Shown: positions 1 to 13,005 of the stretch, one piece after another | Position numbering within the stretch: the first letter of the stretch is position 1 | Layout: the number at the start of each line of letters is the position of its first letter | From: the human T2T-CHM13v2.0 reference genome, Homo sapiens | Strand: one strand, 5' to 3' | NCBI RefSeq assembly: GCF_009914755.1 | Contig: NC_060927.1 | DNA length: 64,000 nt | Made by a program: the position numbers and the translations under genes | Notes under the pieces: model-generated | Database searches by the model: none | The model's input: only the letters and a program-made list of their open reading frames with translations | What the model was told of the DNA's origin: nothing

Positions 1-1011
1 AAACTTTGTGGCAGCAACAGATTTAATAGCACCTTGAATCTGGAAGTCATGTTTTAGGCTATGGGAACAAATGTAAGCTTTATCATCAGTTGTGAGAGTA
101 TTCCCTCCAATGTTAGAAGTCAGAGAATGTAAGGAGACTGCAGGGGAGCGAACTAATAAAAAGAAATCAAGGGTTGCATGCAGTGTCAAGAAATTTAGGG
201 CACCAGAAATTATTAAAATAATCCTTCAGGTTTATACCTGGGGATCCACCCTTACAAAAACAAAACAAACAAACAAAAATCCACAGTGGTAAAGAAAATA
301 TTTTGAGTAATTTTCTTTATATTGCTCACAGCACAAGTGAAGCATATCACCACTTTTTAAAAAAAAGGTAATTCTATAAAGTCTGCAGTTTATTCTTCCA
401 TTACGAACTGCTGTGTAATTTGGTGTATTTAAAAAGAATAGCCCAGGGACTGAAATATTTTAATTTGCCTCTCTAATGAGAGGTTCTTTGCAGTTCTTCT
501 AAGAACGCTTGTTTTCCCAAGCTTCCTTCTCCCACATTCTCTCCCACATACACATGCTACAAAACTGTGTATTACATTTCTGCTTGGTTAAAATATTACG
601 TGTCAGAGATGAAGTCAGCTTTACATACCAACACACACATACACAGGCACGTATATCCAGGACAAAGCCCCTAACCCTAAATTTGCTTTATTTTGTAAAA
701 GAAAATCACTGTCATACCGGGAAATAAGAAAATTGGCTATGGACACTTGTCATATATGCTTGATAATTTCACAGCCTTTTGTTCTACATTGCTTGTTTAG
801 ACATGGCTTTCTGTCAACCAGGAAGTTCCGTCAGTTTCTAGAAAGTCAGAGAACTCAGTTTATTTTATGGGTGGGAGGGGCACCTTTTCCTTATTAGCTT
901 GGAGGGGAACTAGCTTCCCTTGGGTGAATACCCAAAGTCAGATATGTTATTAGGCACTTAATGTCCTTATTTTAGGGGTTCCCAAAGTGTAATCATAAAC
1001 GGGATCCCAAA

Positions 1012-1185
1012 GGCTCTCAAAGTGTGGTATGCAAACCAGCAGCTACAATGCAGCACCTGGGAGCTTGTCAGAAAGGCAAATGATCAGGCCTTACATCAGA
1101 CCTACTAACTCTGAAACTCCGGGCGTGGAGGTACAGCAAGCCCCCCAGGTAATTCCAATGCATGCTCAAGTTTGAAAACCACCGT
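1012..1185. mobile_element. MER5A-like hAT-Charlie relic
   Basis: ctctcaaagtgtggt...cacctgggagcttgtcagaaaggcaaat...ccaggtaattccaatgcatgctcaagtttgaaaaccac. Confidence 0.7.
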
Positions 1186-1224
1186 CTTCTATCAGGTAAA
1201 CCTCAGAATACCTTATGGAGTAGG

Positions 1225-1370
1225 CACTGTTATCTCCATCTCCAATCCCTTGTTGGTGAGGAAAGTGAGGCTCAAAAGGTAAGGCCATTTGTCACATAGA
1301 TGGTAAATAATGGGGCTGAGATTTAAACTCCAATTGTTCCGGCTTCTAGCCTTAAGCCCTTTTCCATGCA
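1225..1370. mobile_element. MIR fragment
   Basis: gaggaaagtgaggctcaaaaggtaagg MIR core. Confidence 0.5.
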
Positions 1371-2004
1371 ACCTTTCATATCATCACTGCTGGCCATAGA
1401 AAATAACTTTAAACTTTGAAAACAGCTCTTCATAGCCTTGTCCGAAAGCAAAGCAGCTTCCTATGCATGGAGGTACAATAGTCCTTCCTCTGACTACACC
1501 TCCAAGTCAAGCTTTCTCTCCTACCCTCAGCCATCATTCATTCTGAGACACGGAATCACACACTTGAGCTGGGAGATTTTCGCAGCACTTAAGGCATCAG
1601 GGGAGAAGCGAGGGTGACAATAAGATCTTCAAATTCCTTGACCTCAAAGAATGTAGACTTTGCCAGTCTTTCTATGCACAGGCCATGGACTTATAAATAA
1701 CTGAAAAATGGGCTGCTGTGCCTGATCCTAAATCCTAATGTGACCTTGGGACATAGCTTTTGCCTTATCCCAAGAATTCTGAGGCAGGTGGTAGAAGATG
1801 CAGTGGAGGCAGATGACAGTCAGTTTCTTGTGGAACTATTGAGAATTTCTGAGACATAAGGACTTTTGCTTTGGTCATCTATTCAGTTGATCAGACTTAT
1901 CAAAAAGAGAAAGGAGATCCTCCTAGAAGTTAGGAGAGGGGTTTGTTTCAGTAGAGATCAGGAGATTATGTTTTCCTGAAAATTGGTGTCATGCTACACA
2001 TAAA

Positions 2005-2190
2005 ACTGGCACACTCTGAATCAGGTTGATGGACTGTATCAATGTCCATTTCCTGGTTGTGATATTGTATGATAGCTATGCAACATGTTATTGTTGGGGA
2101 AAAATGGGGAAAGGGGATATAGGATCTCTGTCTTATGTCTTACAACTGTATGTAAATGTACATTTATTTCAAAATAAAAGGTTTTTTAGA
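2005..2190 (+). mobile_element. Old L1M (L1MC-like) 3'UTR fragment
   Basis: gactgtatcaatgtccatttcctggttgtgatattgtat...tcaaaataaaaggttttt. Confidence 0.55.
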
Positions 2191-3039
2191 AGTTGGTGTG
2201 ATGGTAAGAAGGGCAGAAAGTGGTCTGGGAAAAGTAACTTGTAACCTTGCTATTTCATATCTTTAAATATCATCCTTGATGGGTCTTCAAGTCTCCATAG
2301 CTCCTGAGCAACTGAAAGGAAACTCATGACACAGGGGGCTTTCACATCATTCTTAACCTTTCATGGAAGTCACTGGAACATAACGCTCTTACAGTTTAAG
2401 TGACACTCTGAGGGAGGGTCTCCTTGCTCTGGTAATTAGTGGGCAGGTCTAGCACCCATCCTTAGGTTTGGTTGCTAGGTAACATGGTCACTCTGCTATT
2501 TAGGTGCAGCATCTCTAACCTATTCCTTCCTTGAAAGGGGTGGACAGGTTGTGGGGAAAAGATCTTTGTTGGAAGAAAATCTGCTGGTTGCTGCCTTTTT
2601 AGCTTTTTTTCCCCTTCTGAGCTGCCAGACGGAATATTTAAAAATACACCTAAGCTGCTGCTGGGAGCCAAGAATTTCACATCAACTGTTAACTGCCTGT
2701 TAATGGTTTTGATGGAAGGCTTGATATGAAACACCACATCCCAGTAGATAATTTGATTGCAGACAAGATCAGACAATGTACTGCAGAGGGTGTGGGGGTG
2801 CTATTTCTTGATTCCCCCCACCCAGGTGTGTAAAGAAATCTATCCCATAGCTGGAAATACAATATAATCCCTAACTAGATCTTTCCAAGAAGTCTGAAAA
2901 TGGGATGTTTCCATTGGTAGTGAAGTGTGAAAAACAAGTCAGGATGGCCACTTTTCAAGCAAAAGTTGTAAAGATGGTTGGATACTGGGGGACACCTAAT
3001 ACCTTATGGGGGATGAACAAGATGAAAGTGTATTTTCAT

Positions 3040-3250
3040 TGAGAACACTCACTATGCCAAAGACTATCATTTAACCCTTATAACCCCCATGAGGCACATA
3101 CTTTAATACCCATTTCATAGATAACTGAGGATTTGAAAAGTTAATTAATTTGCCCAGGGTCCCAAAGCCAGTAAGGAAGGGGTGAAGTCAGGTTTCAAAT
3201 GAGATGCCTTTGGTCTCTAAATTCATACTCCTAGCAGTTATGCTGTGTAT
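3040..3250. mobile_element. MIR
   Basis: cccatttcatagataactgaggatttgaaaagttaattaatttgcccagggtc. Confidence 0.6.
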
Positions 3251-3669
3251 GTTCTGCAGATTTTCCAAGCCTAGATTTCTAAGACTCTATGAATAATCAG
3301 GAAACTGATCTTTCAAATAGCTTTGATATACAATCACATACACTGAGGGGTTTCCAGAGTTGGGAGAACCAGAAGCCCTTAATGAATCAAAACAACCATC
3401 TTGTTACAGATGGTCCAGATTAAGCCATATTTTTTTTAAAAGAGGGAGATTACAGATCTGTACAGTTCACAATTTGTTGTAAAGAGCTTTGTCTCTCTTT
3501 GCCACTTAGTGTAATCATTGTAATACCTCCCATGCATACAGTGTTTTAGGGCTTACAAAGCACTTTCACATATATCATTTGATCTTCATCATGATCCTAT
3601 AAACTCAGTAGAACATTTTACAAATAAGGAAAATGTGGTTCACAGAAGGCAAATAAATTGCCTACAGCA

Positions 3670-3815
3670 CTGTGTCTCAGAAAGAGAACTTCTGTATTTT
3701 GGCCAGGACACTGCTTCATTGTGTGGGACTGTCCTATGCCTTGTGGGGTCGGTAGCAATGGTGGGTTCCCAACCATTAAATGCCAAGAGCTCTGCCCAGT
3801 CATGGTCATTCAACA
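3670..3815. mobile_element. MER20-like hAT relic
   Basis: attttggccaggacactgcttcattgtgtgggactgtcctatgccttgtgggg...ccattaaatgcca. Confidence 0.5.
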
Positions 3816-4841
3816 TTTTTAATAATTGTGCCCTCTGGGAGTTAAACCCTCCATTCCCCATGGAGATCTACTGACACATGGTGCAGGTAAGAGGGTTTGG
3901 GTGTCACGCTTCTTCTAAGTCGTGGAGCCAGGGCTCCAGATGGCAATTCCAGCACTCTTCCCACCATGGCACTATTTTAAGCTATCAAATGTGCAGTAGC
4001 CTAACCAGGGTTGGGGTGGTCTTCACAAAACTGTTCCCATTGTTTCAATCATCAGAGAAATTCTTTTAAAGTAATTGGGCAAAAACGTGGAACTACTGAC
4101 AAGGAACTGGGCAAAAGGCCAATTAGTAACTGAGATAATAGCTTTTGCCATAACGGCTTGAAAAAGAAAAAAACATGTTACCAGAATCTGCACCAAAGGG
4201 CAAACAAACACAGAAGAGCCTTGTATAACACAAGGGTTATGCCTAGGTTTATCTTGCACATCAGAACATTTTAATATTCTATTTAATTATATATTCACAG
4301 TTGAGGGCCAAATTTGATGTTATCAAAAGCATACTTATTTAAAAAAAGCATACTTATTTAAATATGCTTTTAATAACATGTAAATATATACCAGCAGATT
4401 TAAAAAAATTATCTTCGACTTATTCTGCTTAGGACTTATTTTAAATTTCAATTTTGCTTATGAAGTTGCAAATTGACTGCTTATGGACCCAATTCTACCA
4501 ATAAATGGGATGCTTACTTTGGTCTACCTGTGTTTTCTCTTTAATAATTTGATTTTGGTTTTCTTTAGTGGACATAAGCACACTCCATTTCATACCACTT
4601 CCAACTGTGTTACATTCAGTGTACCTTACTCTTACCTTACATGGGTAGTCCCTGTACTGAATTTGATGGCCTGTGGACATGCTTAGTCTAGGGCTAATTA
4701 TCCAAGAAAAGAAGTTTCAGGATTAATAAAAATGGTGGCATATCAACATCTTAGGGACCTGATGACTAATGGTTTAAAAGCATGCCAGCTTTTCACCTTC
4801 TGACACCTTGGTTTCCCAGCATAAAAAATGAGGCTCATGGA

Positions 4842-5156
4842 GTTGGGCCTTTGTATTGGTGGAATCTGCATTTGCAGATTCAACCAACCATGGATCAAAA
4901 ATATTTTTAAAAATAAAACATAACAATCAAAAATACAAAATTTAAAAATAGAGTGTAACAACTATTTATATAGCATTGACACTGTATTAGGTATTATAAG
5001 TAATCTAGAAATAATTTAAATTATATGAGAGGCTATGTGTAGGATACATGCAAATACTATGCCATTTTATATAAGAGACTTGAGCATTTATAGATTTTAG
5101 TATCTGTGGAGGGTCCTGGAAGCTATATCCTCCATGGATACCAAGAGATGACTATA
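4842..5156 (-). mobile_element. MER2 (TcMar-Tigger) non-autonomous DNA transposon
   Basis: gcagattcaaccaaccatggatcaaaaatattt...tataagagacttgagcat...gggtcctggaagc...ggataccaagagatgacta. Confidence 0.75.
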
Positions 5157-6829
5157 ATTTCATCTATGTCACAGGTTATAGTGAATATTGTATGAATAAA
5201 GGTAAAAACATCCTGATAAAGCTCAACGCACAGCATTTGTCTACCTATTCATGGTTCCTACCATTTACTAGACACTCTTCCAGGTGTAGTATCAAAGTGC
5301 AGCATTCACCCTACCCACCAATGATCTACCATTTACTAGACACTCTCTGGGTTCTGGGCCAAAAATAATAAACAGGTCAAGCTTTTGTTGGGCTATTATT
5401 GGCTCTCTGGCTTTATATTCAATGTTAATGAATACTCATTTCTGACAGCCATCACTTTGATACAGAGCCAAAAAATAGTTCCTACTGAGAAGGAACTACT
5501 GAGAAGAATGCAAAATGGAGACAAGAGAAGTCAGAGGATATGCTGCATTTCCACCTCCTACTTGACTGTAACATTCAGGACCTATCCCTGACCAACAGCC
5601 AACTTGTTGTCAATAAACAGGGGCATCTCTTCTGCTGAGATTTCTTCCCTGTCTTCTGTCTACCACCACCATGTGGGTAAGTGGGTGGGTAGTTAGGTGG
5701 GTGGCTGAGTGGGTGATTGGTTTCCACCCCCACTGCCCATGCCATCCTGTGCTTAGCTCTATGAAGACTCCTATCACCTCATTTTGAAATTGTTCCATTA
5801 CAGGAGAACACAAGCATCTTCAGGTAATATATGTCTTAGATGGAGGTCTGGCGCCTAGTGGATCTTCACCTTTGAAATCTGTTGAAAGATCCAACTAGTG
5901 CTCATCTTTGAAAATAATTCTCCCCCTCCCCTAGCCCACAGCAAAGCAAGTAATCAAAGTTGCTTTTCCGGGTTTTGACATTTTTACAAATCAGGATCTT
6001 CTTCAACATTAAAGAGAAAATTTACCCCCATCTGAGTTAAAAGCTTTCTCCTAGTCCACTTTAATAGCAATCAGCTGCTGACAATCTTTTTCCCTCTGGG
6101 ATATACTTATCAGCCAAATTGGTACACCAGGTGAGAAAAATGCTGAAAATACTTGTGCTGTGTCTTTGTTCTCCTTGTTTTTCTCTAGAAGAATAAATAC
6201 AAGAAAAGCAAGTTGAGGGGATAATGGCTACAGGTGCTAGAAGCTAAAGTAATTAGAAACCCCACAATGCCACTCAGTCATAAACAAAGTCTCCCTACAG
6301 AAAATTGGAGCTTTATAGCTAGCTGTACAGACCTGACTTAAGAAATCTTTCAATACACGGCCTTTTCAATGATGTTAAAACTGTCACACTGACTGATGGG
6401 GTGTGCTGGGCCCAGACATTTCTAAGACCTGATACGTTTTGTGGAGACTTGATTAGATTATTCTTACCTTCTCATCAAATTCTGGGCTACAGACACTATA
6501 GGATATTTCTATTATCCAGTCAGTCTTTTTACAAGTGGATATGTAACATCCTCACATATCCTCATGCAAATTGTGGACTTTGCCAACTGTCAGCCATGGA
6601 ACAATTCCAATCTGCTGGGGAGGATTTATTCCATCATACTCACAAATGTCAAAATTATTCCATTTCCTAGACATAGAGTTATAGACAAATATGTACATTT
6701 CAAAGATTATAACCCAGGAAATTTGCTTGATAATAAATCACCACCACTTTAAGGGGAGGAGTGCATGGACCTCTTTAAAGTCCTGGGAAGTCTTAAAACA
6801 GACTACTCACTTCTAACCATAGATAAGTA

Positions 6830-7065
6830 TTATAATAGCTAACATCTCTTGTGTGCTGTATGCCAGTTGCTGTGCAACACTTTACATATACTTAATCTCA
6901 TGAAAACTCTTCGAAGTAAACATTATCTTCATTTTCCAGATGAGGAAACTAATAGAGAGAGGTGAAATAACTTTTCCAAAGTCATACAGCTAATAACTGG
7001 CAGAGACACTATCATATCTAGGCAGACCAACTTCAGAAACCGTGCTTTTATCCCCTGCATGAGGC
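6830..7065. mobile_element. MIR
   Basis: cattttccagatgaggaaact...aaataacttttccaaagtcatacagctaataactggcaga. Confidence 0.7.
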
Positions 7066-8826
7066 TGCTTCTGTAACAACAGTTCCATTGTCACAGTCAC
7101 TGATTAGGGAATCAGGATGATGGGTTTGTCCTCTGGAATGAGCACTAAAACCTGGACTGCTGGCATGGTTCCATTACCAAATTACTGCGAGGTCTTGGCT
7201 AAATCACTCAATCTCTTTTTAACCTTCAGGATCTCATTTGATTCAGTATAAGGAAACACAGGTATTTGTAAAAATTAAATAGAGTCACAGATGTAGCATT
7301 TTAGAATGTAAATTCCATCAGTATATTCTCTACAGTATCCTACATACCTAAAACTATAGTAGGAAGTGCTAAAAAATATTTGCTGAATAAATGAGTGATC
7401 CAACAAAGGAAAAATCACTACATAAAAAGCAGTAAATTCAGCAAAACTTGCACAGCTGATCTGAATTGACCACTTACACAGTGCTATAAGCCTAACTAAA
7501 TCTTTGTATTAAACCGTAGTACCACACCACGCAATGTATTTGAATTCTTGCTCATTTGGAACAGGTGAGAAAACAGGGATACAGACTAGTTAAGAGTCTT
7601 GACCAAGATCTCTTGGCTAACAAGTATCAAAGCTAATTTTTGAACCCAGCTTCCCTCTGGTCAAGATGCTAAGCAGACAAAGATAAATTATGTATCTGTC
7701 TCTTTCCTTAAGAAGCTTACATTTCATTGTTGATAGGTAAGCATGCATGGAAATAACAAACTGAGACCTATTGGGTTAAGAGTTATACAAGAAAAACAGA
7801 ACCAACACAGGAGGGTGAGAGTAATTCTGAATGGGTTTGTCAGGGCTGGTGTTTCTAAATCTTGGCTGCATTTTAGAATCACTGGGGCTTGGTACTACTA
7901 GTTTTAAAAATACTCCAGGTGATCCTATTGTACAGTTAAGGTTGAGAGCCACCAATCCATGCAAATCTCTTTGAGAAGTGTTTATGTTAAGCTTTAAGGG
8001 ATAAAGTGGCATTATGATCTCAGAGGAATAGAGAGCTTAAAGGGCTTGCCCCAAGGCCACACAGAATAATAATGTCAAAGTTAAAGTAGAATCCAGAAAT
8101 CTTATGCCTAGATCTTAGGGAACATTTGTGAGATAAAGACACTACCACTGCATTAGACAGCATAAAACGTGACCAGGAAGGTAGTTTCATTCCACCAGAG
8201 GAAATTGTAGAGAATACATTTGACCTGTGGAGCAGAGTTTTCACCTAGCACCATAAATTTCAGCTTGATGCACACTTGTTACCAGTAGGACTAAGAAACG
8301 GAGAGCAGAGAAGAATCTATTTAACGCTGCCTCTCCTCACATTGCTCATCATCAGCTTCTGATGTGAAAACACAAAGCTTTGCTTAGTCCATATCTATAG
8401 ATCCTAAATGTAAGAACACAAGCTGCTGCCGCTGAGGCGTTGCCTCACGTGATGGATGAAGCCAACTATTGCAACTGCTGAAAAATCTCCCAATCTCGCA
8501 GTCATAAAACTAAAAGGCAGAGAAGAAGGGGGCCATCTGCTTCATGCTGGCTACAGATTTAGCTCCGCTTGGATGGAATGAAGAACCCCTCCACTCCTTT
8601 AGAAAACAACAACAACCAACAACTTCTTGTTCATTTTTGGAGGAATTGCCTCCTCTAGGTATGGAATGTTTTAAACACAGTTGTATGTCTGAAATTAGGA
8701 AAGGGTAAGAAAGCCACACGGTGCCTTCTTTTTGGCCCCAGTTCTCTTTTAATGACTGGCTTTAGAGAAAGTCCAGTCCACTTTTCTAGACTGGGAGACT
8801 ATATGGCACATACTTTTCTACTATTC

Positions 8827-9157
8827 TTTGATTGATTGATTTGAGACAAGATTTTGCTCTATTGCCCGGGCTGGATTACAGTGGCATGATCATGGCTTAC
8901 TGCAGCCTCAACCTCCCCAGGATCCTCCAACCTTAGCCTCTTGAATAGTTGGGACAACAGCACACAGCACCATGCCTGGCTAACTTATTTTTTAAAAAAA
9001 TTGTAATAGAGATGAGGTCTGACTATGTTGCCCAGGCTGGTCTTGAATTCCTGGCCTCAAGCAATCCTCCTGCCTCAGCCTCCCAAAGTGCTAGGATTAC
9101 AGGTGGAAGCCACTTTGGGAGGCTGAGGAGGGAGGAGGATGAAGCTGAGGCACGGCC
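8827..9157 (-). mobile_element. AluJ with an inverted insertion at its 5' end
   Basis: Antisense Alu with J-type motifs (gatcatggcttactgcagcctcaacc; caagcaatcctcctgcctcagcc). The end is abnormal at 9111-9150. Confidence 0.85.
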
Positions 9158-10124
9158 AGCTTATTCTTAGATTTTTAACAAATGATAGTTTCAACTCTTA
9201 TGGCTACTGGTACCTTTTAATACTATTTTTATCCTGGAGGAGACATTCATTATCAATGTTCTGGGGTTTACACTGGTATAATATAGAATGGGATCTTAAC
9301 TGATATTAAAGAACAAGAGTTTTCAAACTGGGTTTCTGCAAAATACTGCAGTGCTTTCAAATCCTCCATTAGGGGGCATGAGGGAGACAGAGAAGCTGGT
9401 GCTGAACCTGGGCTCACTGCTCTCCCTCCACACCCCTTGCCCCAAAACAGAGTGTCTCCATCTTTATCTGTTTATCTGCTGGGGTTCTGTACAAGATTGT
9501 TTTTGAGAAAACTACTCTGGTTACTAAAAAATACTAATTGGGAAAAATCAAATTATAAACCATGTGTATAGTACAATCTCATTTTTCAAAATAGGTACAC
9601 ATACATGTGCATTTATAACACACAGAAAAAGGGGCACTAGAAACATGTGCACCAAATGATCTCTTCCTGATGTGATTATAATGATTCATATTTTTGCTGT
9701 TTTGCACATTTGTATTTTGTAAGTTCTCTGTCATGGGTCTTTGTAAGAAAAAGAAAATCATGCGTATCAGTAAAAGTCATGTTTTCAACAAATGTGGACC
9801 TTTGAGAACTCCTCAGTGAAGTAAAGGTGGGGTGCTGTTCAGACCCCATACAACATGAAGAGGTGCTCTTCTAGACATGCCAGTTGAGGATAATACCCTA
9901 CTTCAGGCCTGGAAGCACCTGCTTTGGGGCACCTCCAAGCTTACATTTCCATAAGTGGGACAAGCTGGTGGCTTTCAACTGGCCCCATCTACCATCCCTA
10001 GAATGACTGACCTTCATTTCCAACTAGATGGGGAACTCCTCACTGCTTATAGAAAATTAGAACTAGACCCTTGGTCCTCTGAGTTCCTGTAAATCAAGTG
10101 GGTACTAGCACTTCATCAGTGATA

Positions 10125-10385
10125 AACTGAGGCAAGAACGTAGTGGTAAGGACATCAACTTTGGATTTAGACGTTTGTTAGACAGAGCCTTACCCTAACC
10201 AGCTGAACCATGGGTAAGTCACTTACTCTCTCCACACCTTATCCTTCCTCATCAGAAACATCAAGGTCATACTATTACTGTAGAGAGTTCCTGTGAGGCT
10301 TAGATACAATATTCCTACATATGTCTGCTAACATATGATGGACCTAGTCCAGGCTCACCAAGTATTCAGTAGTATAAGTATTATT
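10125..10385. mobile_element. MIR
   Basis: tagtggtaagg...catgggtaagtcacttactctctc...cttcctcatcagaaa. Confidence 0.55.
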
Positions 10386-12774
10386 ATCATTATCAAATTT
10401 TATTTGCTCCTCCTTTCTGTCTGCTTTCCCTGGAGGCATCAAAATTGTATTTAATTCTAGGTCCAGCCAAGTGAAGAGGATGATCTAATGCTACAGTAAA
10501 GGACTTACTTGGCTTTTGGGAAAACTAAGGCAAGAAACTGTAATGTTCTCCCAATTACAATTCTTACACAAATATGCACTGGTAACATTGAGTAGTATCA
10601 TAATCTGGCCTGTTATCAGAGTTCAAATATGGAATTTTACTTCCATTTTCCATGGGTTTGGAAGATGGGATAATATTTAAAGGAGCAGATTCATTGTTTG
10701 GAATATGAAGTATAAGAAAACAGACTTTAATATAATTTAAATGGAAAATTTTCTAAATCTTTGCAAAATATAAATTCACTTTATGAAGAAACTGTCCCAG
10801 TAATAGCTTTTGAATTGGAAAAATGTAAATTAGATCACTTTTTTTAGTTTCATGCAAATAAATGAAGATGTATAAGATAAAATTACCTTTTCCCATTAAG
10901 TACTATCTCAAAATAAAAAATAAAGAACTGATATTGCAGGCTACCTTGCAGCAAATTAAAACAATCAGGGAACAACAGGGAGATTGGTGGGTTAAATCTA
11001 GAAAATTCTTGTAAAGTGCCACACTTCAGTCAAATTATCAAAAAACCTATTTTCATCCAGGTATTCATATAATCTTCAAATTCAATTCTCTTTCACGATG
11101 TGTCTGCAAAATGATACTCAAACACATTCTTGTTATTTTTCATAATTGAGCCTGTGATTGGGTGTGCTTAGCTCTTTTATGAGAAAACATGGGGCCTTGT
11201 AAATTAAACATCAGTTCCCTTTATCATCATGTGTATACACCTTGTAATCATGAATTATGCAGGCCAGTACTGGCTGTCTTATTATGAGAGAGAGAGCAGC
11301 TACATGAACCTCAAAGAGGGGACGTGGCAAATCACAGAAGGGGCAAAAATTGAGCTGCGTAGTATTGCCAGGAAAAAGTGTCAGACATTCTCCTGTATAC
11401 TGTGATGTTTCTTAAGATATACTCACAACATTTCAGGGAAACACAGCTTCCCTATTCTGAGCCCAGACTTGACAATGCCCAGCAGAATTGAAAGAGAAAA
11501 CAGAAACTGAAACTGTTTACATTAAATTATTTTTGAAAAATATTTTTGTTACTGGGGGAGTCAAACACATTAGATGACTTCATCTAAAGCTAATGCAGCT
11601 CCCTTCTCTTTTTCTCTTCATGCTTCTCCTTCCCTTATTTATCTACAACTGCATGTGTTTAGGCATATTGCCCAAGTGAGATGTATTGATCAAATGACTG
11701 AATCACTAGTTTTGTTGAGCACCCTCTGGTTAATCCAGTGTTTCCTAACCTTGGATGTGCATGTTGAAATCACTTGGGAAAAATGTTAACCCTTACTGAT
11801 GCCTGGGCTTTTAGAGCCCCTGAGTGAATCCGACATGCAGCTAAGGTTGAGACTCACTGGTCTAATATGAACTTTGAAGAGAAATAAGGCATCTCTCTTG
11901 TTCTCAGGGAACTTTTTAAATTATCAAACTAATCCAGACCCAAATAAACAAAAACCTAAGCTAAAATATTCCTGGAACCATTTCTGCCTTCCTTCTATTC
12001 TAAGCCAGAAAAAGAGGCAACCAAGACAGTGTCCCTGTCCTCCAATAGCACTTGGTCTGGTGAGGACCAGGCAATAAAAATAAGACAGGGAGAAAAATAC
12101 GCACTAGATGCAAAAGGACCACAAAAGGAAGGCTCCTTGGCCAGCCAGGATGCAAGTTAAGGGAAAAGTGCCCCTAAGGAGGTAATGTGAGATGGAAATT
12201 TTCAAGGTTGAGTTGAAGTTAACCCGTGTGTGTGTGTCTCTACAAAAGCATAAAGGTGAGAAAGCATGTGCATCTCTTGAGCCACAGGTTAATCAATGGG
12301 GCTGTAGTAAAAGGTGTCTTTGGAAGCTAAGCTGGAGAAGGTAGATACAGGTTATTTTTAAAGTACACTGTACCATGCCTGGGAGGTGAAGCTTCATCCT
12401 GAAGGCTGTGGAGAAGCTTCTGAAGAATTTTAAACCAATAAGATTGGGCTTTGAGACCAATCCTGGAACTTTCCTTTCGCCCACCCCCCGTTGTCATCAG
12501 AAAAGTGACTGGAATCTTCTTTTGATAAAAGAAAGAATCAGGAACACATTCCTCTCTGCCAGGATGTCTATAGTAATTAAGTTTTCTGGAATATAGCTCC
12601 CTCAGCCCATCTTTCTACCAATATAGATGCCTTGCTTGCTCAGCCTGAATTTATTCAATATTTTTGTAGGTAACTCTTCCCAATGAAGGGAGAGGCTTTA
12701 CACCTTTTCTTAGTAACTGAAAGACATTAAAGCTCCTCTTGCAGGTAATAATAGTAATAATACGTTAATAAATA

Positions 12775-13005
12775 TGTTAATATTGATAACTTCTATCACA
12801 TTCTATGTGCCAAGGAATTAACATACACTTAATCCTTACACTAACTTTTGTTAAGGTGATGTTTGTATTCCCATCTTACATAAGGAAACTGAAGCTCAGT
12901 GAAGTCAAGTAACTTCCCCAAAATCGCACAGCTTGTATGTGACTGAGCTGTGATGAAAGCTCCTATCTGACTGCAAAGTTAGGGCTCTTTCATCTTACAC
13001 TGCTC
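12775..13005. mobile_element. MIR
   Basis: cccatcttacataaggaaactgaagctcagtgaagtcaagtaacttccccaaaatcgcacagct. Confidence 0.7.

Noticed and set aside
5258-5346. CRISPR-like repeat-spacer-repeat
   Set aside because: Only two units, in primate intronic DNA, with no cas genes. It is better explained as a local duplication.
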